Assembly: GCA_964433375.1 (NCBI GenBank)
Contig: CAYSRR010000002.1
Span: forward strand, 1 to 41,320
Reading direction: 5' to 3'
Source: an uncultured Streptomycetaceae bacterium
GTDB lineage: Bacteria; Pseudomonadota; Gammaproteobacteria; Burkholderiales; SG8-41
DNA length: 41,320 bases
The notes under the pieces were generated by a model. That model saw nothing but the letters and a program-made list of their open reading frames with translations. It was not told the DNA's origin and searched no databases. Made by a program: the position numbers and the translations under genes. Positions 28,993 to 35,630 of this stretch are shown one piece after another. Every line of letters starts with the position of its first letter. Positions within the stretch are counted from its first letter, which is position 1.

Positions 28993-29997
28993 TCAAATGA
29001 CCTTCGCGCGGAACAGGTCGTGCATGTTCAGCGCGCCGAGCAGCTTCCGGTCCGGATCGACGACCAGCAGCTGGTTCACCTTGAAGCGCTCCATGATCTC
29101 GACCGCCTCGGCGGCGAGCTTGTCCGGCCCGATGGTGCGCGGGCCGCGCGTCATGATATCCGCGATCCTCGCCGTGCGCAGATCCACGCCCTTCTCCAGG
29201 CTGCGGCGCAGGTCGCCGTCGGTGAAGATGCCGGTCACGCGGCCCGCGTCGTCGAGGACCGCGGTCATGCCCATCCTGCCGCGCGACATCTCGAGCATGC
29301 CCTCCATGGCCGTTGCGTTGTGCCCGATACCCGGCGCTTCCTTGCCGGCCCGCATCACGTCGCGGACGTGCGTGAGGAGCTTGCGACCCAGCGACCCGCC
29401 GGGGTGGGACGCGGCGAACTCGTCGCGCGTGAATCCCTTCGCCCGCATCAGCGCCACCGCCAGGGCATCGCCCAGCGCGAGCGCCGCCGTGGTGCTGGCG
29501 GTCGGCGCGAGGTTGAGCGGGCAGGCTTCCTTCTCGGCACCGGCGTACAGGTGAACGTCGGCCTCGCGAGCGAGGGCGGAGTTCGGGTTGCCGGTGAGCG
29601 CGATCAGCTTCGCGCCCTGCCGCTTCAGCAGCGGCACGATCGCCAGCACCTCGTCGGTTTCGCCGGAATTGGACAAGGCGATCATCACGTCCTCGCGCGC
29701 AACCATGCCGAGGTCGCCGTGGCTGGCTTCCGCCGGGTGGACGAAGTAGGCGGGCGTGCCGGTGCTGGCGAGGGTGGAGGCGATCTTGCGCGCGATGTGG
29801 CCCGACTTGCCGATGCCGCTCACCACCACGCGCCCGCGGCAGGCGAGAATCAGCTCCAGCGCCTGCGTGAACCGGTGGTCGAGCCTGCCGATGAGGTCGG
29901 AAACGGCCTTGGCCTCGATCTCGAGCACTTCGCGCGCCATGGCGAGCGCGGGGCTCTCCTGGGATGCGCGGCCGGCGCCGCCGGATGCCGTCTTCAT
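28993..29997 (-). CDS. kdsD: Arabinose-5-phosphate isomerase (KdsD/KpsF)
   Basis: SIS domain (VVSGIGKSGHIARKIASTLASTGTPA) plus two CBS domains. Confidence 0.92.
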   Translation of the reverse strand: MKTASGGAGRASQESPALAMAREVLEIEAKAVSDLIGRLDHRFTQALELILACRGRVVVSGIGKSGHIARKIASTLASTGTPAYFVHPAEASHGDLGMVAREDVMIALSNSGETDEVLAIVPLLKRQGAKLIALTGNPNSALAREADVHLYAGAEKEACPLNLAPTASTTAALALGDALAVALMRAKGFTRDEFAASHPGGSLGRKLLTHVRDVMRAGKEAPGIGHNATAMEGMLEMSRGRMGMTAVLDDAGRVTGIFTDGDLRRSLEKGVDLRTARIADIMTRGPRTIGPDKLAAEAVEIMERFKVNQLLVVDPDRKLLGALNMHDLFRAKVI

Positions 29998-30050
29998 TGC
30001 GCGGAAAGTATAGCAGAATCACCTACTTCCCCCGCCGCGCGCGCTTCCCG

Positions 30051-30115
30051 CCAAGGGGCAGACTCGACTTTCCTGTACAGGATCCACCGGGCGGAAAGTC
30101 GAGTCTGCCTCTTGG
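30051..30115. repeat. 23-bp-stem hairpin
   Basis: ccaaggggcagactcgactttcc - 19 nt - ggaaagtcgagtctgcctcttgg, with one G.T pair. A degenerate copy of both arms lies at 30727-30800. Confidence 0.85.
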
Positions 30116-30123
30116 AGCGTCAG

Positions 30124-30150
30124 CTGGTTGCGTCGGTCCGACCCGGAACG
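30124..30150. repeat. 27-nt core CTGGTTGCGTCGGTCCGACCCGGAACG, copy 1 of 4
   Basis: Other copies at 30904-30929, 32724-32750 and 32771-32797. It contains the palindrome gtcggtccgac. Confidence 0.85.
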
Positions 30151-30225
30151 AGGCGGGATATCGCCACTGCCGCCATTGCGGCGAGGCTGGAGCTCGCCTG
30201 AATGGCGGGAGAGAAATGAGGGGCG

Positions 30226-30597
30226 TTATTTCTTCGCGCCGCTTGCCTTGTACGCGGCGGCTTCCTCGCGCAGGACGCGCCGCAGCGTGCTTTCCAGGCT
30301 TTCCTGCTCGATCGCCTGCTTCAGGGCTTCGTTGATCAGCGTCTGGTAGCCGCGCGCGCCGGCGCGTGTCTTGAAGTACTCGACGATCGACGAATCGAGG
30401 TACATCGTGAGCCGCGTTTTGCCCCGCGGCACGGCCCGGCCGGCGACGCGCACGACGCCGTGCGCGGCCTTCTCTGCGGTCACCTCCGGCAGATCGGACA
30501 GGTCGATGTCCTCGTCCCGCATTGCTTTCAGGCGCGGCCAGTCGGTCTTCGAGGCCGCCGCCCGGCTAGATGTTCTGGAAGTAGACGGTTTGCTCAT
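30226..30597 (-). CDS. BrnA-like antitoxin (DUF4415 plus RHH-type C-terminus)
   Basis: DWPRLKAMRDEDIDLSDLPEVT ... KTRLTMYLDSSIVEYFK...GYQTLINEALK. ATG at 30597. Confidence 0.7.
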   Translation of the reverse strand: MSKPSTSRTSSRAAASKTDWPRLKAMRDEDIDLSDLPEVTAEKAAHGVVRVAGRAVPRGKTRLTMYLDSSIVEYFKTRAGARGYQTLINEALKQAIEQESLESTLRRVLREEAAAYKASGAKK

Positions 30598-30698
30598 TTC
30601 GCGTGGCCTTGCGCATTGAGATGATGCGTATCGTTGTCCGGGTTTCCGTACTTGGTCCGGGGGATGAATGATGATCCCCGCAGCGCGGGAAGGTCGAA
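30566..30698 (-). pseudogene. 5'-truncated brnT (DUF497) remnant
   Basis: An alternative frame reads ...TTIRIISMRKATRNEQTVYFQNI*, parallel to the C-terminus of the intact BrnT at 32277-32549 (DTMRIISARRATRNERKVYEEG*). The frame is closed by TGA at 30699-30701, inside the CTCAC repeat tract. Confidence 0.5.
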
Positions 30699-30795
30699 TC
30701 ATCACTCACCACTCACTCACGCCTTTCCCGCCAAGGCGAACGGGTCGACTCACCACTCACGAATCACGCCGTTCCAAGTTCACAGCGCGAAAGTC

Positions 30796-30930
30796 GAGAA
30801 ACGAGTAACGAGCTATTTCCTTAGAGTGTTCTTTTCGGGCCTGAAATGGGGCTTCTAAGCGTCAAAAAGCCCGCGTTATGCGGCCAAAGTAATGTTCTAT
30901 CATCTGGTTGCGTCGGTCCGACCCGAACGG
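30796..30930. repeat. ~135-bp direct repeat, copy A
   Basis: gagaaacgagtaacgag...ttcttttcgggcctgaaatggggcttctaagcgtcaaaaagcccgcgttatgcggccaaagtaatgttctatcatctggttgcgtcggtccgacccgaacgg. Near-identical to 32617-32751. Confidence 0.9.
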
Positions 30931-30994
30931 GCGCCCAGTTGAAGCGAAAAGAAGGTGAACAGACGGGTGCTGCTCAGAAAAAGAAACGCGGCAG

Positions 30995-31201
30995 TCAGGC
31001 CTTGATGCGCGACGCCGGGATGAGAACGACTTTGCCTCCTACGATTCCGGCAACGGGATTCCCCGCACGCTTGTGCTGGCGCAATGCTTCACGTACAGCC
31101 CGCTTCGCGGCGCGGACCAATATATGCGGCTCGAAGCGCACCCCATTGCCGCGAGACCGTTGACCGGTTCGGCTGGCGCGTTTAGATGCTGTCCTTTTCA
31201 T
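30995..31201 (-). CDS. Small basic protein overlapping the 3' end of the zeta-like ATPase gene (possible antitoxin)
   Basis: 68 aa, MKRTASKRASRTGQRSRG...AGNPVAGIVGGKVVLIPASRIKA. 20-nt overlap with the upstream gene. Confidence 0.5.
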   Translation of the reverse strand: MKRTASKRASRTGQRSRGNGVRFEPHILVRAAKRAVREALRQHKRAGNPVAGIVGGKVVLIPASRIKA

Positions 31202-31769
31202 ATTGTTCGCGAAGCGCTTTCCAGTGGGCGTCTCTGAGGATTTGTATCGGGCCGCCGAGTCTTCTCCATGCGATCGGTTTCGGGCCATCAGCGGATGAAT
31301 TGTCCAGCATCAGCCAGGAATCCGCAATCGGGCGATAAACGTTGAAGAAATTGGACAGGCTGCGGACGTATCTTCTTCTTATCACGGCCTCGGGCACGCC
31401 GTGGCCACCCTGCCGGACACGTCCGGCAACCCTTTCGATGGCGAGATCCGCGCTATACAGCCATAGATAAAGCAGGTGGAACACATAGCCGCTGGATTGC
31501 ATCTTCCTGATCCAGGGGGCAAGGCTGCGGCTGGACAACGTGGACTCGAGGGCGAAATCAGCACGCGAGGTCGCTAATTGTTTCACGCGCCGCAACATGA
31601 TTCGTCCGGCTGGAAAGGCCACGCGATCTGGTGAAAAAGCGGATAACCCTACGGCGATTGCGTCTGCGTTGACGAATTCATCGACCTTGAGCGTGTCTCG
31701 CAGCAAGGCCGGAGCCGTGGTTGATTTTCCAGACCCGTTCGGACCGGCAACGACTACCAGGCTGGGCAT
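31182..31769 (-). CDS. Zeta-toxin/COG4185-like P-loop ATPase
   Basis: MPSLVVVAGPNGSGKSTTAP Walker A. ~195 aa. The N-terminal extension of ORF 31182..31889 runs through a repeat and is rejected. Confidence 0.7.
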   Translation of the reverse strand: MPSLVVVAGPNGSGKSTTAPALLRDTLKVDEFVNADAIAVGLSAFSPDRVAFPAGRIMLRRVKQLATSRADFALESTLSSRSLAPWIRKMQSSGYVFHLLYLWLYSADLAIERVAGRVRQGGHGVPEAVIRRRYVRSLSNFFNVYRPIADSWLMLDNSSADGPKPIAWRRLGGPIQILRDAHWKALREQYEKDSI

Positions 31770-31849
31770 ATAGGAGATTCGGATGGTTCCTGCGAACAGT
31801 ATCGCGCCAAACGCGGGCCATGACAAACGGATGAACTCGTTTGTCCGGT

Positions 31850-32035
31850 GAGGGGTGAGACGGGAGGGGAGAGGAGGCGGAACCTCCACCTAAAAGAAAA
31901 GCGAAAAGGCACTTAAGCCCGCTGCGGGGAGCGTTACCGGGGACGAGAAACGAGCAACGAGTCACTGCCTCGGGCCGTGAGGCGGGAGAAAGCCGAGAGA
32001 CGCCGGGCGAGAGACGAGGAGGGGGCGCTACGCGA
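31850..32035. repeat. Composite simple-repeat tract (GTGAGG arm, gagaaacgagcaacgagtcac box, GAGAGACG repeats)
   Basis: ggtgaggggtgagacgggaggggagagg. Bases 31945-31965 match the 5' ends of both 135-bp repeats. Also gccgagagacgccgggcgagagacgagg. Confidence 0.7.
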
Positions 32036-32044
32036 GGGACGGCG

Positions 32045-32290
32045 CTAGCGCTTGCGGCCGTTGGTCGTCGAACGCGGCGCCGATCGCTTGCCGGCGCGCA
32101 TCAGCCCCAGGAGGGCATCGTTGACGGCCTTGTCGGAGGGGAAGGCGCGGGCAACGTCCGGCTTCAGCAGGACGAGATTGGTCCCGGCGCGGTAACGCTT
32201 CAGGTGTTTGCCACGAACGCCTTTGGCCTTGAAATCCGACAGCTTGTATTCTGCCCTCAGGTCGTCCGCCACTTGCCTAGCCTTCTTCAT
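32045..32290 (-). CDS. brnA: BrnA-like antitoxin
   Basis: 81 aa, 14-nt overlap with the brnT 3' end. DDLRAEYKLSDFKAKGVRGKH... fits BrnT-downstream antitoxins. Confidence 0.65.
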   Translation of the reverse strand: MKKARQVADDLRAEYKLSDFKAKGVRGKHLKRYRAGTNLVLLKPDVARAFPSDKAVNDALLGLMRAGKRSAPRSTTNGRKR

Positions 32291-32549
32291 AAACCTTCCG
32301 CTCGTTGCGCGTTGCCCGACGCGCGCTGATGATTCGCATTGTATCCCCGGCCTCGGTGTGGGCGACAGCCAGCAAACGTCTTTCGGCGCTGGTTCCGAAC
32401 GTGACGTACCGCGACTCACCTTCGGAGTGGTCCGGGTCAGGATAGGTTATCGCCAGAGGATCGTCGAAGATGGTCGCCGCTTCGTGAAACGACACTCCAT
32501 GCTTGGCAAGGTTATCCGCGGCCTTGGCGTGATCCCACTCGAGTCGCAA
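32277..32549 (-). CDS. brnT: BrnT (DUF497) family toxin
   Basis: RLEWDHAKAADNLAKHGVSFHEAATIFDDPLA ... RIISARRATRNERKVYEE. TTG start with GGAGAG upstream. Confidence 0.8.
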   Translation of the reverse strand: MRLEWDHAKAADNLAKHGVSFHEAATIFDDPLAITYPDPDHSEGESRYVTFGTSAERRLLAVAHTEAGDTMRIISARRATRNERKVYEEG

Positions 32550-32616
32550 GCAACTCTCCTGGCGTTGGTTGCGTACTCCAGTAACGACGAAGGCGCATCA
32601 TTCGTTGACACCGCCA

Positions 32617-32751
32617 GGAAACGAGCAACGAGTCACTTCCTTAAAGCGTTCTTTTCGGGCCTGAAATGGGGCTTCTAAGCGTCAAAAAGCCCGCGTTATA
32701 CGGCCAAAGTAATGTTCTATCAACTAGTTGCGTCGGTCCGACCCGGAACGG
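32617..32751. repeat. ~135-bp direct repeat, copy B
   Basis: See copy A. Only a handful of substitutions separate the two across the shared core. Confidence 0.9.
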
Positions 32752-32757
32752 ATGAAT

Positions 32758-32814
32758 AATGTTCTATCAACTGGTTGCGTCGGTCCGACCCGGAACGAGG
32801 ACCCGGAACGAGGG
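32758..32814. repeat. Tandem re-duplication of the 3' 47 nt of copy B plus an extra acccggaacgagg
   Basis: aatgttctatcaactggttgcgtcggtccgacccggaacgagg acccggaacgaggg. Confidence 0.85.
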
Positions 32815-32824
32815 ATGCAAGGAT

Positions 32825-32848
32825 GAAAAAAGCCCGCCGGAGCGGGCT
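32825..32848 (-). terminator. Intrinsic terminator of the pilin-like gene
   Basis: The minus strand reads agcccgctccggcgggctttttt. Confidence 0.65.
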
Positions 32849-32871
32849 TTTCTGGACCGGGTTGCTGCCAA

Positions 32872-33564
32872 CTAGAACAACGTAGCGCCGCCGCAGGTCG
32901 CGATAGAGGTTGCCGACTGCCACGCCCCGCTCGTATCGATCGCACAAACGTTATAGGCGGAGGTGCCGCCAAAACTCGAGAGGCGCAACTGGCCCGTGCC
33001 CGCCAGTCCATCGTCCACCTTGCGATCCACCTCGGCCATGATGTCCGAGGGCACGTTGCCGCCCGTCTTCAGGTTGTGCCGGGGTGCGCCCGTGTCGGCG
33101 CCGCCGCTATTGCCTTCGCGATAGACGTTGTCGAATATCAGTTGGATCGTCGAGCCGTACGGATTGGTCGGTGTGTTGGCTGTCGTCGCCGCTGCCGTCG
33201 CGCTGCCAGAGATATAGCTCCCGGTGATGAATCCCGCTTTGGATAAATGCTCCCAGACATGCACGGCTTCCGCGCTGGTGCCGTCAGTGATGATTCGACC
33301 GTCGGCATTGCCGCCGAAGCAGCCGCCGCAACCCGGGATGTTCGCTCGAGCATTGGCTTCAGAGTAATCTCCCGGCAGCGCACGGTAGCGGTCGAGGAAG
33401 CCGAAGTAGGCGGCCTTGATCCCGTCCTGGCTGGAGATGATGTTGCGCACGCGCGCGGCGGTAATCAACTCCTGGCCCTTGAGCACGCCGCCCAGAAGCA
33501 GACCGATGATCACGAGCACGATCGCGATCTCGATCAATGTGAAGCCGGACTGTTGTTTACCCAT
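32872..33564 (-). CDS. Type IV pilin-like protein (prepilin N-terminal cleavage/methylation domain)
   Basis: MGKQQSG/FTLIEIAIVLVIIGLLLGG is a class III signal with G-1, F+1, E+5. C-terminal Cys pair (NVCAIDTSGAWQSATSIATC) resembles a D-region loop. No other pilus genes in the window. Confidence 0.8.
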   Translation of the reverse strand: MGKQQSGFTLIEIAIVLVIIGLLLGGVLKGQELITAARVRNIISSQDGIKAAYFGFLDRYRALPGDYSEANARANIPGCGGCFGGNADGRIITDGTSAEAVHVWEHLSKAGFITGSYISGSATAAATTANTPTNPYGSTIQLIFDNVYREGNSGGADTGAPRHNLKTGGNVPSDIMAEVDRKVDDGLAGTGQLRLSSFGGTSAYNVCAIDTSGAWQSATSIATCGGATLF

Positions 33565-33602
33565 GATTCGCTTCCTCCATAACCTCGGATAGGGCTGAGT
33601 TC

Positions 33603-33617
33603 GCAAATTTCGTACCA
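33603..33617 (-). promoter_or_regulatory. Sigma54 (-24/-12) promoter of the pilin-like gene
   Basis: The minus strand reads TGGTACGAAATTTGC, with GG-N10-GC spacing and TTGCG. It lies ~39 nt upstream of the ATG, with GGAGGAAG as RBS. Confidence 0.65.
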
Positions 33618-33802
33618 CTGAAGCCTGCCGGCAACCACGACGGCCACTGTCTTTTCGTTACACGGCGTGAAATATATCACGTTTCCAGGAATATTTGGTA
33701 CAACCTGTTGTTATCCCGACGATTTTTTATCGCCATGTCATTTCGGCCCGATCGGGATGAAATTGCCTCTAGTGATTGAAAAATAAAGAAATGTTGGAAA
33801 AG

Positions 33803-34546
33803 TCACGGTTGCGGGTGTCGTGTTCCCGACGGGGGTGACGATTTCCCGGCGGCCTTCAGTTGCTCCAGTCTTTGCGTCAGGAAATGGATTTCCTTCGGCT
33901 CGGTCACCTCCCCGCTGGCGAGCAGGCCCCCGAGCAGCACCGTGGCCGCTTCGGTTTCGCCGAGATCCTCGAGTATGAAGATGCGCATCTGGCGCGCCCA
34001 GCCGGAGGCGAGCCGGGCGTCGCGGGTGATGGCCTCGGCGTAGGCGAGCGCGAGCCGTGGATCGCGCAGGCGGTGCTTGGCGACGATCGCGCAATGCGCG
34101 AGCCAGCGCCAGCGCCGGTCGGGATCGGCTTCGAATTGCCGGCGCACGAACTCGCACATCTGGCGTTGCCGGGCCGGATCGGGGACCTGGCTGTAAAGTT
34201 GCGAGGCCATCAGCAAGGGGTACTGGCTCGCCGGGTCGAGCGCGAGGATGGTTTCCAGCCAGGCAGTGACCCGTGAATAGTCGAGATCGAGAAACGGAAT
34301 GCTCACGCCCGGCTGGTTGTCGAAAGCCTGCAAGTACAGGGTGAGGAACTGGGCGAGGGCGATGGGCTCGCCCAGCGCGGCCGCCCGCAGCACGGCCGGC
34401 TGCGCCGGCTCGCCCAGCGCCTCAGCGCGCGCGCCGGGCTTCGGCTGCAGCGCCTGCCACGTCACCTGCAGACAGAACGCGACGGCCAGCAGGGCGAGCA
34501 CCCAACGGGGTACCGTGGTAATCGCGCGTTCCGCCTGGGCTTTCAT
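33803..34546 (-). CDS. Hypothetical membrane-anchored helical protein
   Basis: 247 aa. One N-terminal TM (VPRWVLALLAVAFCLQV) followed by a helical-repeat-like periplasmic body. No recognised motif. Confidence 0.55.
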   Translation of the reverse strand: MKAQAERAITTVPRWVLALLAVAFCLQVTWQALQPKPGARAEALGEPAQPAVLRAAALGEPIALAQFLTLYLQAFDNQPGVSIPFLDLDYSRVTAWLETILALDPASQYPLLMASQLYSQVPDPARQRQMCEFVRRQFEADPDRRWRWLAHCAIVAKHRLRDPRLALAYAEAITRDARLASGWARQMRIFILEDLGETEAATVLLGGLLASGEVTEPKEIHFLTQRLEQLKAAGKSSPPSGTRHPQP

Positions 34547-34550
34547 TGAA

Positions 34551-34758
34551 TGGACAGGATTAAAAACGGTTCGAAAACCTGTCAACACCATTAAAAAATA
34601 GACAGGATTAACAAGATTTACATGATTAGATCGAAAAACGCATCCACCCAAATCTCGGCAGGTTCTGATTCTGATTCGTTTTAATCTTGTTAATCATGTT
34701 AATCCTGTCTATTAAAGTTTTTGACGGGTTTACTTTGAAGGCTTAGTGAATCCTGTCC
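34551..34758. repeat. ~208-bp nested imperfect palindrome (GACAGGATT type) filling the permease-hypothetical gene gap
   Basis: Three arm pairs: ggacaggatt/aatcctgtcc, gaaaacctgtcaac/ttgacgggttt, and aatagacaggattaacaagatt/aatcttgttaat..aatcctgtctatt. AT-rich. Confidence 0.8.
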
Positions 34759-34763
34759 GTCCT

Positions 34764-35534
34764 TCAGAAATTTTTCCGGTAGAAGTCGAACATCGCCGCC
34801 GCCGCCAGCAGCACGACGTAAACCGCGGACTGGCCCGATAGCAGCAGCAGGGCGGACCACGCCGCCGGCCCGTCGACGAGCCAGGCGGTCCGCGTCCACG
34901 CGTCGAGCGCGGGCATGACCAGCGCCAGGATCTCGACCAGGTACTGGATCACCTGGTGGGACAGCGTATCGGCGCCGGCCAGGGGGTGCGCCCCCATCAG
35001 CCGTATCGCCGTCAGCGAGCGGGCGAGCAGGTAGAACGCCAGCACGAAGCTCGCGGCGGGGGCCATCTGGCTGAAGGCGAGGCTGCAGAACAGGGCGAGC
35101 GCGACGACGATGGCGAGCTCGAGGCCGAGGGAGAGCATCCATTGCAGGACCGGCTGCGGGTCGGCCAGCCAGGCGAGCGGCAGGGTGGCGGCCACAGCGA
35201 TCAGCGCCGCGATCGCCAGGAACCCGGCCAGCTTGCCCAGCAGGTAATGCGAGCGCGGCAGGTCGAGCGCGAGCAGCACTTCAATGCCCTTGTCGTTCGA
35301 CTCGCGCGCCACGCTCACCAGCACGGTGATGACCGCGATGAAAACGCAGGCCAGCCGCGCGGCGGCGGCGTAAAACCCCGCCTGGAAGCGCGCGCCTTCG
35401 GTGACCGAGATGGATTCGATGAAGAAGCTTGCCGCGAGCAGCGCGAGCAGGGCAGCCGCGACCAGGGCCGGCAGCCGGGTGCGCAGCGCTTCGAGCAGCG
35501 TGTAGCGCGCGATGGTTGCTATTCTGGAATCCAT
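34764..35534 (-). CDS. ABC-2-type permease-like membrane protein (no ATPase partner in window)
   Basis: 256 aa. MDSRIATIARYTLLEALRTRL N-terminus and ~6 TM segments typical of ABC-2/NosY-like permeases. It is the 3' part of the long shadow ORF 34764..37637. Confidence 0.6.
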   Translation of the reverse strand: MDSRIATIARYTLLEALRTRLPALVAAALLALLAASFFIESISVTEGARFQAGFYAAAARLACVFIAVITVLVSVARESNDKGIEVLLALDLPRSHYLLGKLAGFLAIAALIAVAATLPLAWLADPQPVLQWMLSLGLELAIVVALALFCSLAFSQMAPAASFVLAFYLLARSLTAIRLMGAHPLAGADTLSHQVIQYLVEILALVMPALDAWTRTAWLVDGPAAWSALLLLSGQSAVYVVLLAAAAMFDFYRKNF

Positions 35535-35550
35535 GCCACAATTGCGCCAA

Positions 35551-35584
35551 GTCGTGAATCGTAAATCGTAAATCGTGAATCGAC
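35551..35584. repeat. TCGTGAATCG/TAAATCG tandem tract in the divergent promoter region
   Basis: gtcgtgaatcgtaaatcgtaaatcgtgaatcgac. Same repeat unit as at 22209. Confidence 0.75.
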
Positions 35585-35630
35585 AGTATAGCCAAAGCGT
35601 CCGGCCGGGAGACTGCGGGAGGAGGACGCG

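Noticed and set aside
30796-30930. Canonical integron attC site
   Set aside because: I could find only weak candidates for R''/R' (gagTAAC ... GTTATGC) with poor complementarity. No intI or attI is in the window. It is kept as a testable alternative in the findings, not as a call.
30846-31163. 105-aa + strand ORF, and the shared C-terminus ...FFSGLKWGF* of ORFs 30634..30858 and 32208..32678
   Set aside because: The shared peptide is a by-product of translating the 135-bp direct repeat. The ORFs overlap better-supported minus-strand genes.
31770-31889. N-terminal 40-aa extension of the zeta-like ATPase ORF (MEVPPPLPSRLTPH...)
   Set aside because: It is the translation of a GTGAGG/CCTCAC repeat tract. 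The Walker A motif follows directly after the internal Met at 31769.
30124-32797. CRISPR array hypothesis for the 27-nt repeat CTGGTTGCGTCGGTCCGACCCGGAACG
   Set aside because: Only four copies exist, with spacings of ~780, ~1820 and 47 bp. The spacers contain whole genes. The repeat is part of a longer 135-bp duplication. No cas genes are present.
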